Shown in pieces: positions 37,805 to 46,848 of a DNA stretch of 64,000 nucleotides. The position numbers and the translations under genes were made by a program. The DNA comes from Myxococcales bacterium (GTDB lineage: Bacteria; Myxococcota_A; UBA9042; JABWCM01; BTVJ01), in the NCBI GenBank assembly GCA_045863395.1, contig BTVJ01000035.1:11516-75515 (forward strand). Direction: 5' to 3'. The notes below the pieces were generated by a model. It ran no database searches. It saw nothing but the letters and a program-made list of their open reading frames with translations, and was not told where the DNA came from. The first letter of the stretch is position 1. Each line of letters starts with the position of its first letter.

Positions 37805-38608
37805 ATGAGAGGATGGCACGCACTTGCGCTCGCCCTGATGGTGGCCGCCCCGCTCCTCGCGGCCCCCGCCCACGCCGACCACACCATGTTGGTCTGCTTC
37901 CCTGGCGGCCCCGGCAGCACCACGGATGCCAGCGAGAGGCTGCGCGCGTTCTTCGCCCGCCTTCAGGAGGTCTCGGGCCTCCAGGTCAAGGGCGAGTACC
38001 ACAACACCCGCGAGGCCTGCGACCGGTACATCAAGGACCGGAGCCCGACCATCGCCATGTTCCCCTACGCCGAGCTGGTCGCCCGGCACGAGGCGCTGAA
38101 GCTGGTCCCCGTGGCCCAGGTGACGCGGCAGGGGCGCGGTGACAACCGCTACTACGTGGTCGCGAAGAAGGGCACCGCCCTGGACGCCCTGAAGGGCAAG
38201 GCGCTGATGACCGCCGTCGGGGCGGACCTCCCCGTGATCTCCAAGGTGGGCTTCGGGGCGAAGCTGGACGTGGAGGCTCACTTCCAGGTGAAGCCCGTCG
38301 CCACGGCGCTCAAGGCCATCAAGGCGCTGGCCAAGGGGGAGGTGGACGCCGCCCTCCTCGACGCCAACGAGTACAAGAGCCTGCAGTCGCTGCCCAACGC
38401 CTCGGAGCTGGAGGCCGTCGCCACGTCGGACCCGCTCCCCGGCGCCCCGGTCGTCGTCATGGGCGAGGGCGCGGCCATCGCGGGCAAGCTCCGCGAGGCC
38501 CTGCCCAAGGTGTGCGAGGACGCCAAGGCGTGCGAGGCCATCGAGGTGGAGCGCATTGCACCCGCCGATCTTTCGGCTTTCCAGGCGATCCTGAGCCTGG
38601 GGAAGTAG
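37805..38608 (+). CDS. PhnD/SsuA-like periplasmic binding protein
   Basis: Signal peptide; YYVVAKK..LDALKGK; ALAKGEVDAALL; ATSDPLPGAPVV. Confidence 0.75.
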   Translation: MRGWHALALALMVAAPLLAAPAHADHTMLVCFPGGPGSTTDASERLRAFFARLQEVSGLQVKGEYHNTREACDRYIKDRSPTIAMFPYAELVARHEALKLVPVAQVTRQGRGDNRYYVVAKKGTALDALKGKALMTAVGADLPVISKVGFGAKLDVEAHFQVKPVATALKAIKALAKGEVDAALLDANEYKSLQSLPNASELEAVATSDPLPGAPVVVMGEGAAIAGKLREALPKVCEDAKACEAIEVERIAPADLSAFQAILSLGK

Positions 38609-38962
38609 CCTCGATAGTTTCTGTCAGCGTTCTCTCGCCAAGCGTCCTGGTTATCTACGCATCCACCGATTTTCACCGTATTACACCCAACTCCCGCGCG
38701 CGGCGGGGGGCATTGCCGGCGCCGGGGGCTGCCACGGCCGCGGCGGGGCCCCTCCGGCGCCGGGCTCCCCTCCCATGGCACCGCGACGGAATTTCATCCC
38801 ACCTCATCCCACAGGGCCCCTGGCGGCGGCGCCACGTCGCCCTCGCTGAACGGATATCCAGGTGTTGGAGAATCCTCACAACGCGCCGTAAATCATTGGA
38901 CAATGACCGGTATCTCCGTGTTGAGGATCTGTGGAGACCCCGCACCCTGGGCTGCGATTTTC

Positions 38963-38991
38963 TTGACGGTCCCTCCGCGTGCCCCTAGGTT
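38963..38991 (+). promoter_or_regulatory. Distal sigma70-type promoter of the dcw cluster
   Basis: TTGACG-17 nt-TAGGTT. Confidence 0.55.
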
Positions 38992-39069
38992 CCGCCCGGA
39001 GCACCGGCCGCCCCCCGGTGACCCCATCCGCTGGCTTGCATTTCCTCGCTCTGACCCTCTTCTTACTTC

Positions 39070-39099
39070 TTGACACCCTCGGAGGGCCGGTTGTACGGT
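39070..39099 (+). promoter_or_regulatory. Proximal sigma70-type promoter of the dcw cluster
   Basis: TTGACA-18 nt-TACGGT. Confidence 0.6.
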
Positions 39100-39110
39100 G
39101 GCCGGCGCCA

Positions 39111-39135
39111 GTGGGTTGATGTGGGATGACGTGGT
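39111..39135 (+). promoter_or_regulatory. MraZ-binding repeats
   Basis: GTGGG/GTGGG/GTGGT at an exact 10-bp period (39111, 39121, 39131) just upstream of mraZ. Confidence 0.75.
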
Positions 39136-39152
39136 AGGGACCGCGGGGCGAA

Positions 39153-39599
39153 ATGTACCGACTCTCGGGATGGCATGAGCACACGATCGACGACAAAGGT
39201 CGTACGTCGATCCCGTCCGCCTTCCGTGAGAAGCTGCGCTCCCACGACGACAAGACCGTCTACGTGACGCGGGCGATCACCGGGAGCTGCCTCGACGTCT
39301 ATCCCGCCTCGGTGTGGGAGCGGATCCTCGACGAGGTCGGCAAGCGCCAGCAGAGCGACCCGGCAGTCATCACCTTCCGCCGCGGGTTCATCTCGGCGGC
39401 CGTGGAGGCCGAGCCCGACAAGGCGGGGCGCATCATGCTCCCCCAGCGCCTCCGAGAGCGGGTCGGGCTGACCAAAGACATCGTGATCTCTGGAAACATC
39501 GACAAGATGGAGATCTGGGATCGCGCGCTCTTCGAGCGCACCCAGGAAGAGACCGACGACGAGACGCTGCTCGCCGCGGCGCGGGAGTTTGGTTTCTGA
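39153..39599 (+). CDS. mraZ: Division/cell wall cluster repressor MraZ
   Basis: IDDKGRTSIPSAFR and DKAGRIMLP motifs; EIWD. Confidence 0.95.
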   Translation: MYRLSGWHEHTIDDKGRTSIPSAFREKLRSHDDKTVYVTRAITGSCLDVYPASVWERILDEVGKRQQSDPAVITFRRGFISAAVEAEPDKAGRIMLPQRLRERVGLTKDIVISGNIDKMEIWDRALFERTQEETDDETLLAAAREFGF

Positions 39600-39618
39600 A
39601 CCGGGCGCGGAGCAGGCC

Positions 39619-40566
39619 ATGGCGGAGTTTCGGCACATCCCTGTGCTGCTCGAGGAGGTCGTTGGGATCCTCGGGCAGACCCCGGTCCCCGCGGTAGTCC
39701 TGGACGCCACCGTCGGTGGGGCCGGCCACGCCCGCGCGCTGCTGGAGGCGGGCGCAGGGTCGCGGGCTTACGTGGGGCTCGACCGGGACCCCCGCGCCCT
39801 GGCTGCCGCCGCAGAGCGCCTCGCCTCCTTCGGTGACCGGGTCGTGCTGCGGGAGCGCCCCTTTGCCGAGGCGGAGGCGGTGGTCGCGGAGCTGGGCCTC
39901 GGCGCCCTCGACGGGCTGCTCGTGGACTGCGGCGTCAGCTCGCCGCAGCTCGACTCCGCCGAGCGCGGCTTCGCCTTCCTGGCGAGCGGTCCCCTGGACA
40001 TGCGCATGGGGAGCGCCGGGGAGACGGCCGCCGAGCTGCTGGACCGCCTGGACGAAGACGGGCTGGCCTCGATCCTGCGGGAGCTGGGCGAGGTGCCGGG
40101 GGCGCGCGGTCTGGCCCGGCGCATCCTGGCGGCGCGCCAGTCCGGGCAGCTCCAGAGCACGCGGGAGCTGGCCGAGGTCGTCTACCGTGGCGCGCCGCCC
40201 GCGCTGCGCAGCCGGCGGGTACACCCGGCGACGCTCGTGTTCCAGGCCCTGCGCATGGCGGTCAACGACGAGCTTGGCCAGCTCGGCGCGCTGCTCGACG
40301 CGCTGCCGCGCCTGATGGCCCCCGGGGGGCGCGCGGTGTTCATCGCCTTCCACTCGCTGGAGGACCGCCTGGTCAAGCAGCGCCTGCGCGGGCTGTGCAC
40401 CGGGGACGGTCCCCGGGGCCCCTTCGAGGGAGGTGAGGTGCGGGAGCCCGACTTCGAGGCGCTGACCCGCAAGGCGGTGGTCGCGACAGAGGTGGAGGTG
40501 GCCCGCAACCCCAGGGCGCGGAGCGCCAGGCTGCGCGCGGTGCGGCGGGTCCGGAGGGCGGCATGA
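39619..40566 (+). CDS. rsmH: 16S rRNA m4C1402 methyltransferase
   Basis: HIPVLLEE, GVSSPQLD..RGF, PLDMRM, FQALRMAVNDEL, FHSLEDR, NPRARSARLR. Confidence 0.96.
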   Translation: MAEFRHIPVLLEEVVGILGQTPVPAVVLDATVGGAGHARALLEAGAGSRAYVGLDRDPRALAAAAERLASFGDRVVLRERPFAEAEAVVAELGLGALDGLLVDCGVSSPQLDSAERGFAFLASGPLDMRMGSAGETAAELLDRLDEDGLASILRELGEVPGARGLARRILAARQSGQLQSTRELAEVVYRGAPPALRSRRVHPATLVFQALRMAVNDELGQLGALLDALPRLMAPGGRAVFIAFHSLEDRLVKQRLRGLCTGDGPRGPFEGGEVREPDFEALTRKAVVATEVEVARNPRARSARLRAVRRVRRAA

Positions 40567-40889
40567 GCACACTGAGCCGATCAAGTGGAGCGGGTGAAGC
40601 GGGCGGTGGCCTGAGCCCCGCGCTGCGGCGTCTCCTGCTGGGCGTCCTGCTGGCCTCCTTCGTCACGGCGCTCGGCGTGTACCACGTCTGGTACCAGCAC
40701 CGGACCCGGGAGCTGGGCAAGCAGCTCAGCGCGGAGACGGAGCGCCACACGGAGCTGCTCGAGCAGCAGAAGCGACTGAAGCGCGACCTGTCCGCTCTCA
40801 AGCGGCAGGTCGACGTGCGCAGGGAGGCGTCCGAGCGCCTCAGCATGCGCATCACGACCCAGAGCGACTACATCGTCGTCACGGACTGA
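40563..40889 (+). CDS. ftsL: Cell division protein FtsL
   Basis: Single TM, coiled coil and ASERLSM; position directly after rsmH. Confidence 0.8.
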   Translation: MSTLSRSSGAGEAGGGLSPALRRLLLGVLLASFVTALGVYHVWYQHRTRELGKQLSAETERHTELLEQQKRLKRDLSALKRQVDVRREASERLSMRITTQSDYIVVTD

Positions 40890-40893
40890 AGGC

Positions 40894-41667
40894 ATGGGAG
40901 CGCGGGTAGACATCCAGCGGCTCGCGGGGGCGGCCATCCTGGTGGGGCTGTTGCTCCCGGGGTGCCCGAGCCTGACCGGCGCGGTGGAGAAGACGCCCGC
41001 CGAGAAGGCCGAGTTCCACTACCAGCTCGCCAACAACTCCTTCTACGCGCAGGACACGGCGTCGGCCATCGCCGACCTCTTCAAGGCCCTGGAGCTCGAC
41101 CCGAGCCACGCAAAGGCGCACCACCTGCTCGGCTTCATCTACTTCGGGCGGCGGCAGCACGGAGACGCGGCGGTCCACTTTCGTCGCGCCATGGAGCTCG
41201 ACCCCAAGATGTACGAGGCGCGCGCCAACCTCGGGGCGCTCTTCCTGGCGCAGCAGCGCTGGACTGAGGCCATCGAGGTGCTGACCCCCCTTGCGGAGGA
41301 CCAGCTCTACCCGACGCCCCACCTCGTTCAGAACAACCTGGGCTTTGCACACCTGAACGCCGGAGACCTGGAGGCAGCGCTCAAGCACCTGCAGCTCGCG
41401 GTGTTCCTCAAGCCCGAGATGTGCCTGGCGCACAACAACCTGGGGCGCGTGTACCTGGCGACCGGCCAGACCGAGCTGGCCGTGCGGGCCTTCGACCGGG
41501 CGACGGCGCGCTGCGCCGACTACGTGGAGCCCTACTTCTGGCTTGGCGAGCTCTACACCGCCACCGGGCAGCGCGACCTGGCGCGCCAGAGCTACGACAG
41601 GTGCGTGGAGCTCGGCCCCGAGACCCCCATCGGCCTCCAGTGCATGGAGAAGGGGGGGAAGCGATGA
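40894..41667 (+). CDS. tgl: Tgl/PilF(PilW)-like TPR lipoprotein (type IV pilus secretin pilotin)
   Basis: Lipobox LLPGC; about six TPRs; EARANLG, LYPTPHLVQNNLG, PEMCLAHNNLG; Cys residues in the C-terminal half. Confidence 0.72.
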   Translation: MGARVDIQRLAGAAILVGLLLPGCPSLTGAVEKTPAEKAEFHYQLANNSFYAQDTASAIADLFKALELDPSHAKAHHLLGFIYFGRRQHGDAAVHFRRAMELDPKMYEARANLGALFLAQQRWTEAIEVLTPLAEDQLYPTPHLVQNNLGFAHLNAGDLEAALKHLQLAVFLKPEMCLAHNNLGRVYLATGQTELAVRAFDRATARCADYVEPYFWLGELYTATGQRDLARQSYDRCVELGPETPIGLQCMEKGGKR

Positions 41668-43949
41668 GCGAGCGAGGATCGGGCATCTTCGGGCGGTCCA
41701 CGGGTGAGGGACGGGAGCCGCGGGGCTCACGGACGTCTCGCATGTCGCGGACGTCCGGCGTCTCGCGTGTCCAGGAGCGCCCGGTGACCCGCGTCACGCG
41801 CAACCGCCAGACCCCGCCGCCCGTGGAGGTGTCCCCGGAGGTGCGCCTCAAGTGGCTTCGCCTCCGCATGGCAGTGGTCGTGGGCGGCGTGATGATCTGC
41901 TTCCTCATCGTGCTGGGGCAGGCGTTCCGGCTCCAGATCCTGGCGCGGGACAAGCTGCTCTTCGAGGCCGAGCGCAACTACATGCGCACCAAGGTCATCC
42001 AGTCCCAGAGGGGCGCCATCTTCGACCGCAACGGCGAGCAGCTCGCCACGTCGGTCGGGGTGAACACGGTGGTCATGGTCGCCCGCCACATGAAGGATCC
42101 GCAGCTCGTGGCGACCCAGCTCGCCCACGCGCTCAAGGGGGTCGACGCGGACACGCTGCTGAAGCGCATGCGCAAGAGCTCGTGGTGGGCCTATGCCAAG
42201 CGCCGCATCTCCGATGAGGAGGCTGAGCGGGTGAAGGCCCTCGACCTCGCGGGCGTGACCGTCATGCAGGAGCCGAAGCGCTTCTATCCGAAGAAGGAGC
42301 TCGCGGGGCAGCTCCTCGGCCGCGTAGGCATGGACAACGAGGGCCTCGAGGGGCTGGAGAAGTCCTTCGACGACATCCTCGTCCGCCGCAAGCCGGTGGA
42401 GCAGGAGGACGTGGAGGGCACCGCCAAGGCGGCGGCCAAGAAGAAGCCCGTCATGGACGCCGTTCGGGTCCCCTACCTGAAGGACATCTATGGTCGCGAG
42501 GCCTACGTGCTCGGCTTGCCGCAGAAGCTCCTGACCGAGGGCTACAGCGTCGTCCTGACCCTCGACGAGAAGATCCAGGCGGTGGCGGAGGAGGCGCTGG
42601 CGAAGGCCATCAAGACCCACAGCGCCAGCTCTGGCATCGCCATCGTCATGGACGTGCCGACCGGGGAGCTGCTCGCGGTGGCCAACGTGCCGACGTACGA
42701 CCCGAACAAGCCGGACCCGACCCAGGTGTTCGCGTGGAAGAACAGGGCCGTGAAGGACGTGTACGAGCCCGGCAGCACCTTCAAGGTGTTCTCGCTGGCG
42801 GCGGTGCTCGAGCACAACGCCGCGCGCCTCGACGAGGTCGTCGACTGCGAGCGGGGCTCCATGCAGGTCGGGCGCTATCGCATCCGCGACACCCACCGGG
42901 CCGACAAGCTGACCGTGCGCGAGGTGCTGTCCCACTCGTCCAACATCGGCATCACGAAGCTGACGCGGCGCATCGGCAAGGCGGCGCTGCGCGATGCCAT
43001 CGAGAAGTTCGGCTTCGGCAGCGCCACCGGGGTGGAGGTGGACTGGGAGGCCCCCGGCAAGGTGCAGCCGCTGAAGCGCTGGGCGGACATCACCTTCGCC
43101 AACATCAGCTTCGGGCAGGGCATCGCCGTGACGCCGCTGCAGATGGTGCGGGCGTTCGCGGCCATCGGCAACGGCGGCGTCCTCATGCGCCCTCAGGTGG
43201 TCAAGGCCCTGCTGGACTCGGACGGGAACCTGGTGCGGACGTTCCTGCCCGCGTCGGACGGCCGGGCCATCAGCGACCGGGCGGCCAAGCTGACCCTCGA
43301 CGCCATGACCGCCGTGACCCGCGAGGGAGGCACGGGTACCAACGCCGCCATCGAGGGCTACAGCGTCGCGGGGAAGACGGGGACGGCCCAGAAGCCGGAC
43401 ACGGGCTACCGCAAGGGCGTGTTCGTGGGGCGCAGCTCCAAGGGCTACCGGCCGGACGCCTGGATCGCGTCGTTCATCGGCGTCGTGCCCGCCGAGGCTC
43501 CGCGCCTCGCCATCCTGGTGGTGGTCGAAGAACCCGATGGCCGGGGCTTCGGTGGCGTGGTCGCCGCACCCGTGTTCAAGGAGATCGGGGAGTTCGCGCT
43601 GAAGTATCTGGAGGTCCCGCCCTCGCAGCGGCGGCCGATCAAGGTGTCTCACATGGCCAAGGTGGCAGCCGCAGCGGTGAACCTCGAGCAGGTGGATCCG
43701 CCGCTGCCGGCGTCCGAGGACGGGGACGTCGTCACAGTCCCGGACTTCTTGGGCGTCAGCATCGGGCGCGCCCTGGACATGGCCCGCGTCGCGCGTCTGG
43801 ACCTGCAGATCGACGGCACCGGAAAGGCCGCCGAGCAGTCGCTGGCCCCCGGGTCCCCCGTCGCGCCGGGCACCACCGTGCGTCTGCGCTTCGCGTCGGC
43901 CCTCGATCTGGCCGCTGCCGCGCCCCCTGCTGCGGGAGGCGCGCCATGA
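41664..43949 (+). CDS. ftsI: Septal transpeptidase FtsI/PBP3 with C-terminal PASTA domain
   Basis: RGAIFDRNG; EPGSTFK (SxxK), SSN, KTGTAQK; VPDFLGVS PASTA. Confidence 0.95.
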   Translation: MSERGSGIFGRSTGEGREPRGSRTSRMSRTSGVSRVQERPVTRVTRNRQTPPPVEVSPEVRLKWLRLRMAVVVGGVMICFLIVLGQAFRLQILARDKLLFEAERNYMRTKVIQSQRGAIFDRNGEQLATSVGVNTVVMVARHMKDPQLVATQLAHALKGVDADTLLKRMRKSSWWAYAKRRISDEEAERVKALDLAGVTVMQEPKRFYPKKELAGQLLGRVGMDNEGLEGLEKSFDDILVRRKPVEQEDVEGTAKAAAKKKPVMDAVRVPYLKDIYGREAYVLGLPQKLLTEGYSVVLTLDEKIQAVAEEALAKAIKTHSASSGIAIVMDVPTGELLAVANVPTYDPNKPDPTQVFAWKNRAVKDVYEPGSTFKVFSLAAVLEHNAARLDEVVDCERGSMQVGRYRIRDTHRADKLTVREVLSHSSNIGITKLTRRIGKAALRDAIEKFGFGSATGVEVDWEAPGKVQPLKRWADITFANISFGQGIAVTPLQMVRAFAAIGNGGVLMRPQVVKALLDSDGNLVRTFLPASDGRAISDRAAKLTLDAMTAVTREGGTGTNAAIEGYSVAGKTGTAQKPDTGYRKGVFVGRSSKGYRPDAWIASFIGVVPAEAPRLAILVVVEEPDGRGFGGVVAAPVFKEIGEFALKYLEVPPSQRRPIKVSHMAKVAAAAVNLEQVDPPLPASEDGDVVTVPDFLGVSIGRALDMARVARLDLQIDGTGKAAEQSLAPGSPVAPGTTVRLRFASALDLAAAAPPAAGGAP

Positions 43950-45439
43950 ACGTCGAGACGCTGCTCCAAGGGGTGGACGTGGTGGGGTCGGGCGGCCTCG
44001 CGGCTCTCGGGCCCCTCCGGCGGGTCGTCGCCGACTCCCGCCAGGTGAGGCCCGGCGACGTGTTCGTGGCGGTGCGGGGGGAGCGGTCCGACGGGCACCG
44101 CTTCCTCGGCGCGGCGGTGGCGGCGGGGGCGTCGCTCCTGGTGGTGGAGTCTGGGGACGGCCTCGCGGCGCCCTGGGTCCAGGTGGCCGACACGCGCCGA
44201 GCGCTGGGGACGCTGGCAGCCAACGCCCTCGGGCGGCCGGCGAGCCGCATGGACGTGGTTGGCGTGACGGGCACCAACGGCAAGACCACCAGCACCCACA
44301 TCCTCGACGAGGCGCTCTCGGCGTGCGGGCGCGTGACGGGGCTGCTCGGGACGGTGCGGCGCCGGTGGCCGGGGGTGGACGAGGCCACGGAGATGACCAC
44401 CCCAGACCCGGTGGAGCTGCAGGGGTTGCTGTCCCGCATGGCAGAGGCCGGCGTGGACACGGCCGTCATGGAGGTGTCGAGCCACGCCATCGAGCAGCAC
44501 CGGCTGGAGGGGGTCGACGTGGCGGTGGCCGCCTTCACGAACCTGACTCAAGACCACCTGGACTACCACGGCACCATGGAGGCCTACGGCGAAGCGAAGG
44601 CGCGCCTGTTCACGGACCTGCTGCAGCGGAGCCCGCGCTCCAGGGGGGCCGCCATCAACGTGGACGACCCCTTCGGCGCGGCGCTGGCGGGGCGTGTCGC
44701 GGGGCGCGTGCTGCGGTTCTCGGCGCGGGGTGCGCGGGCGGACCTGGTCGCGGAGGACGCGCGGGCCGATCTGAGCGGCCTCAAGGCGACGGTGCGGTTG
44801 GGGGGCGAGAGGGCGGAGCTCGGCTCGCCTCTGGTGGGCTGGCACAACCTGGAGAACCTGCTGACCGCCATCGCGGCTGGGCTGCTGCTGGGTGAGCCCC
44901 TTGGGGCGCTGGTCGAGGGAGCAGGCGCCGTGACCGGAGTCCCCGGGCGCTTGGAGTCGGTGCCGGCCGCAGGCTTCGCGGTCCTCGTCGATTATGCGCA
45001 CACCCCCGATGCTCTTGACCGGGTGATCGCCACCGCGCGGGCCGTGACGCCCGGTCGGGTGATCACGGTGTTCGGCTGCGGCGGGGACCGGGACCGCGGA
45101 AAGCGCCCCATCATGGGGCGTGCGGCGGCGGCCAGCGACGTGGTCCTGATCACGAGCGACAACCCGAGGACCGAGGATCCCGCCGAAGTGGTGGCGCAGG
45201 TGGTCGCGGGGATCGAGGCGGTGGGGATGCCTCGCCTGGCGGGTGGGAGGGGCTATGCGGCCATCGTCGACCGGGGCGATGCCATTCGCGCGGCCATCGG
45301 GCTGGCGCAGCCGGGGGACACGGTGCTTGTGGCAGGCAAGGGGCACGAGGCGACCCAGGACATCGGGGGCCGGAAGGTGCCGTTCAGCGACGTGGAGACG
45401 GCCCGGGAAGCCATCGGGCGGAAGGACGGGGAGGTGTGA
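43946..45439 (+). CDS. murE: UDP-MurNAc-dipeptide--meso-DAP ligase
   Basis: VTGTNGKTT, MEVSSH, DHLDYH, DYAHTPD, DNPR (DAP specificity motif), GKGHE. Confidence 0.96.
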   Translation: MNVETLLQGVDVVGSGGLAALGPLRRVVADSRQVRPGDVFVAVRGERSDGHRFLGAAVAAGASLLVVESGDGLAAPWVQVADTRRALGTLAANALGRPASRMDVVGVTGTNGKTTSTHILDEALSACGRVTGLLGTVRRRWPGVDEATEMTTPDPVELQGLLSRMAEAGVDTAVMEVSSHAIEQHRLEGVDVAVAAFTNLTQDHLDYHGTMEAYGEAKARLFTDLLQRSPRSRGAAINVDDPFGAALAGRVAGRVLRFSARGARADLVAEDARADLSGLKATVRLGGERAELGSPLVGWHNLENLLTAIAAGLLLGEPLGALVEGAGAVTGVPGRLESVPAAGFAVLVDYAHTPDALDRVIATARAVTPGRVITVFGCGGDRDRGKRPIMGRAAAASDVVLITSDNPRTEDPAEVVAQVVAGIEAVGMPRLAGGRGYAAIVDRGDAIRAAIGLAQPGDTVLVAGKGHEATQDIGGRKVPFSDVETAREAIGRKDGEV

Positions 45440-46848
45440 GCGTGCGCAGGTGGACGACGGAGTGGCTGGCGCGGGCGGCAGGCGGGCGAATCGTGGGAGG
45501 TTCCCTGCCACTGGACGCGCCGCTCGTGGGGATCAGCACGGACACCCGGACCCTGGTGGCCGGGGAGGCGTTCGTGGCGTTGCGGGGGCAGAAGTTCGAC
45601 GCCCACGACCACGTGGAGGCGGCGGTGGTGGCGGGGGCGGCGGCGCTGGTCGTAGAGGACGGCAAGGCCGACGCGGTGCGCGCGGTCGCCGGCGCGGCGG
45701 CGGTCATCGCGGTGCCGGACACCCTCTTCGCGCTGGGTGAGATCGCCCGCGTACACCGCTCCACGTGGCGGGGCACGCTGTACGCGGTGACCGGGTCGGC
45801 GGGCAAGACCACGACCAAAGAGATGATGGCCGCGGCCCTGTCGAAGGCGGGCACCGTCCACAAGACCGCGGGCAACTGGAACAACCGGGTGGGGCTGCCG
45901 AAGACCCTGCTCGGGCTCCGCGACGAGCACCAGATCGCCGTCATCGAGATGGGCACCAGCGAGCCAGGAGAGATCGCGCGCCTCGCCGCCATCGCGGCTC
46001 CGAAGATCGGGGTGATCACGAACATCGGGTCCGCACACCTGGAGAAGCTCGGCTCCCTGGATGGGGTGGCCAAGGAGAAGGGGGCGCTCTTTGCGGCGCT
46101 CCCCCACGACGGAGTAGCCGTGGTCAACGTGGATGACGCGCGGGTGGTGGACGCGGCCTCCCGCTCCGGTGCTGCCCACGTGACCTTCGGCACCAGCGAG
46201 GAGGCCCAGGTGCGCGTGCTGACCGCCGGGCGCAGCGACGACGGGCGCATCGTGGTGATGTTCGACGTGCAGGGTCACACGGTCAGCGGCCCCCTCGCGA
46301 TGCTCGGGCACCACAACGCCGTGGATGCGGCGGCGGCCATCGCGTGCGCCGTCCTGGCCGGGGTCACCCCCGAGGCGGCCCTCGCCGCCGTCAGCGAGGT
46401 GGTGGTGGGGTCGCACCGCCTGTCCTATGTGGACGCGGGCGGCATCAACGTCCTCGACGACAGCTACAACGCCAACCCGGTCAGCATGGAGGCGGGCCTC
46501 GCGACCCTGACCGAGTACGCGGGCCCTGCCCGCAAGCTGGCGGTGCTCGGCGAGATGATGGAGCTCGGCACAGAGGCCGCGGCGGCCCACCGGGAGCTGG
46601 GCGCCAAGGCCGCGCGGATTGGCCTGGCGCGACTCTGGGCAGTCGGCGCCTACGCCGAGGCGGTCCGCGAGGGGGCGGTCGGCGCCGGCCTGGCGCCCGA
46701 GGCAGTCATCACGGCCCCGGACGCCGCCGATATCAGCGGCGAGGTGCTGGGAGAAGCCGACCTGGGTGACTGGGTCCTGGTCAAGGGATCCCGCGGCGGT
46801 CGTCTGGAGCGCGTCGTCGAGGAGCTCACGCGAGGGGGGGTCTGCTAA
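45436..46848 (+). CDS. murF: UDP-MurNAc-tripeptide--D-Ala-D-Ala ligase
   Basis: TGSAGKTTTKE, NNRVG, DSYNANP, GEMMELG, KGSRG. Confidence 0.95.
   Translation: MSVRRWTTEWLARAAGGRIVGGSLPLDAPLVGISTDTRTLVAGEAFVALRGQKFDAHDHVEAAVVAGAAALVVEDGKADAVRAVAGAAAVIAVPDTLFALGEIARVHRSTWRGTLYAVTGSAGKTTTKEMMAAALSKAGTVHKTAGNWNNRVGLPKTLLGLRDEHQIAVIEMGTSEPGEIARLAAIAAPKIGVITNIGSAHLEKLGSLDGVAKEKGALFAALPHDGVAVVNVDDARVVDAASRSGAAHVTFGTSEEAQVRVLTAGRSDDGRIVVMFDVQGHTVSGPLAMLGHHNAVDAAAAIACAVLAGVTPEAALAAVSEVVVGSHRLSYVDAGGINVLDDSYNANPVSMEAGLATLTEYAGPARKLAVLGEMMELGTEAAAAHRELGAKAARIGLARLWAVGAYAEAVREGAVGAGLAPEAVITAPDAADISGEVLGEADLGDWVLVKGSRGGRLERVVEELTRGGVC

Noticed and set aside
37814..37828. Sigma54-like TGGCACG...TTGC
   Set aside because: GG-to-GC spacing is 9 rather than 10, and it lies inside a signal-peptide coding region.
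38650..38940. DnaA boxes / oriC in the long intergenic region
   Set aside because: No perfect TTATCCACA matches, no AT-rich unwinding element and no dnaA context.
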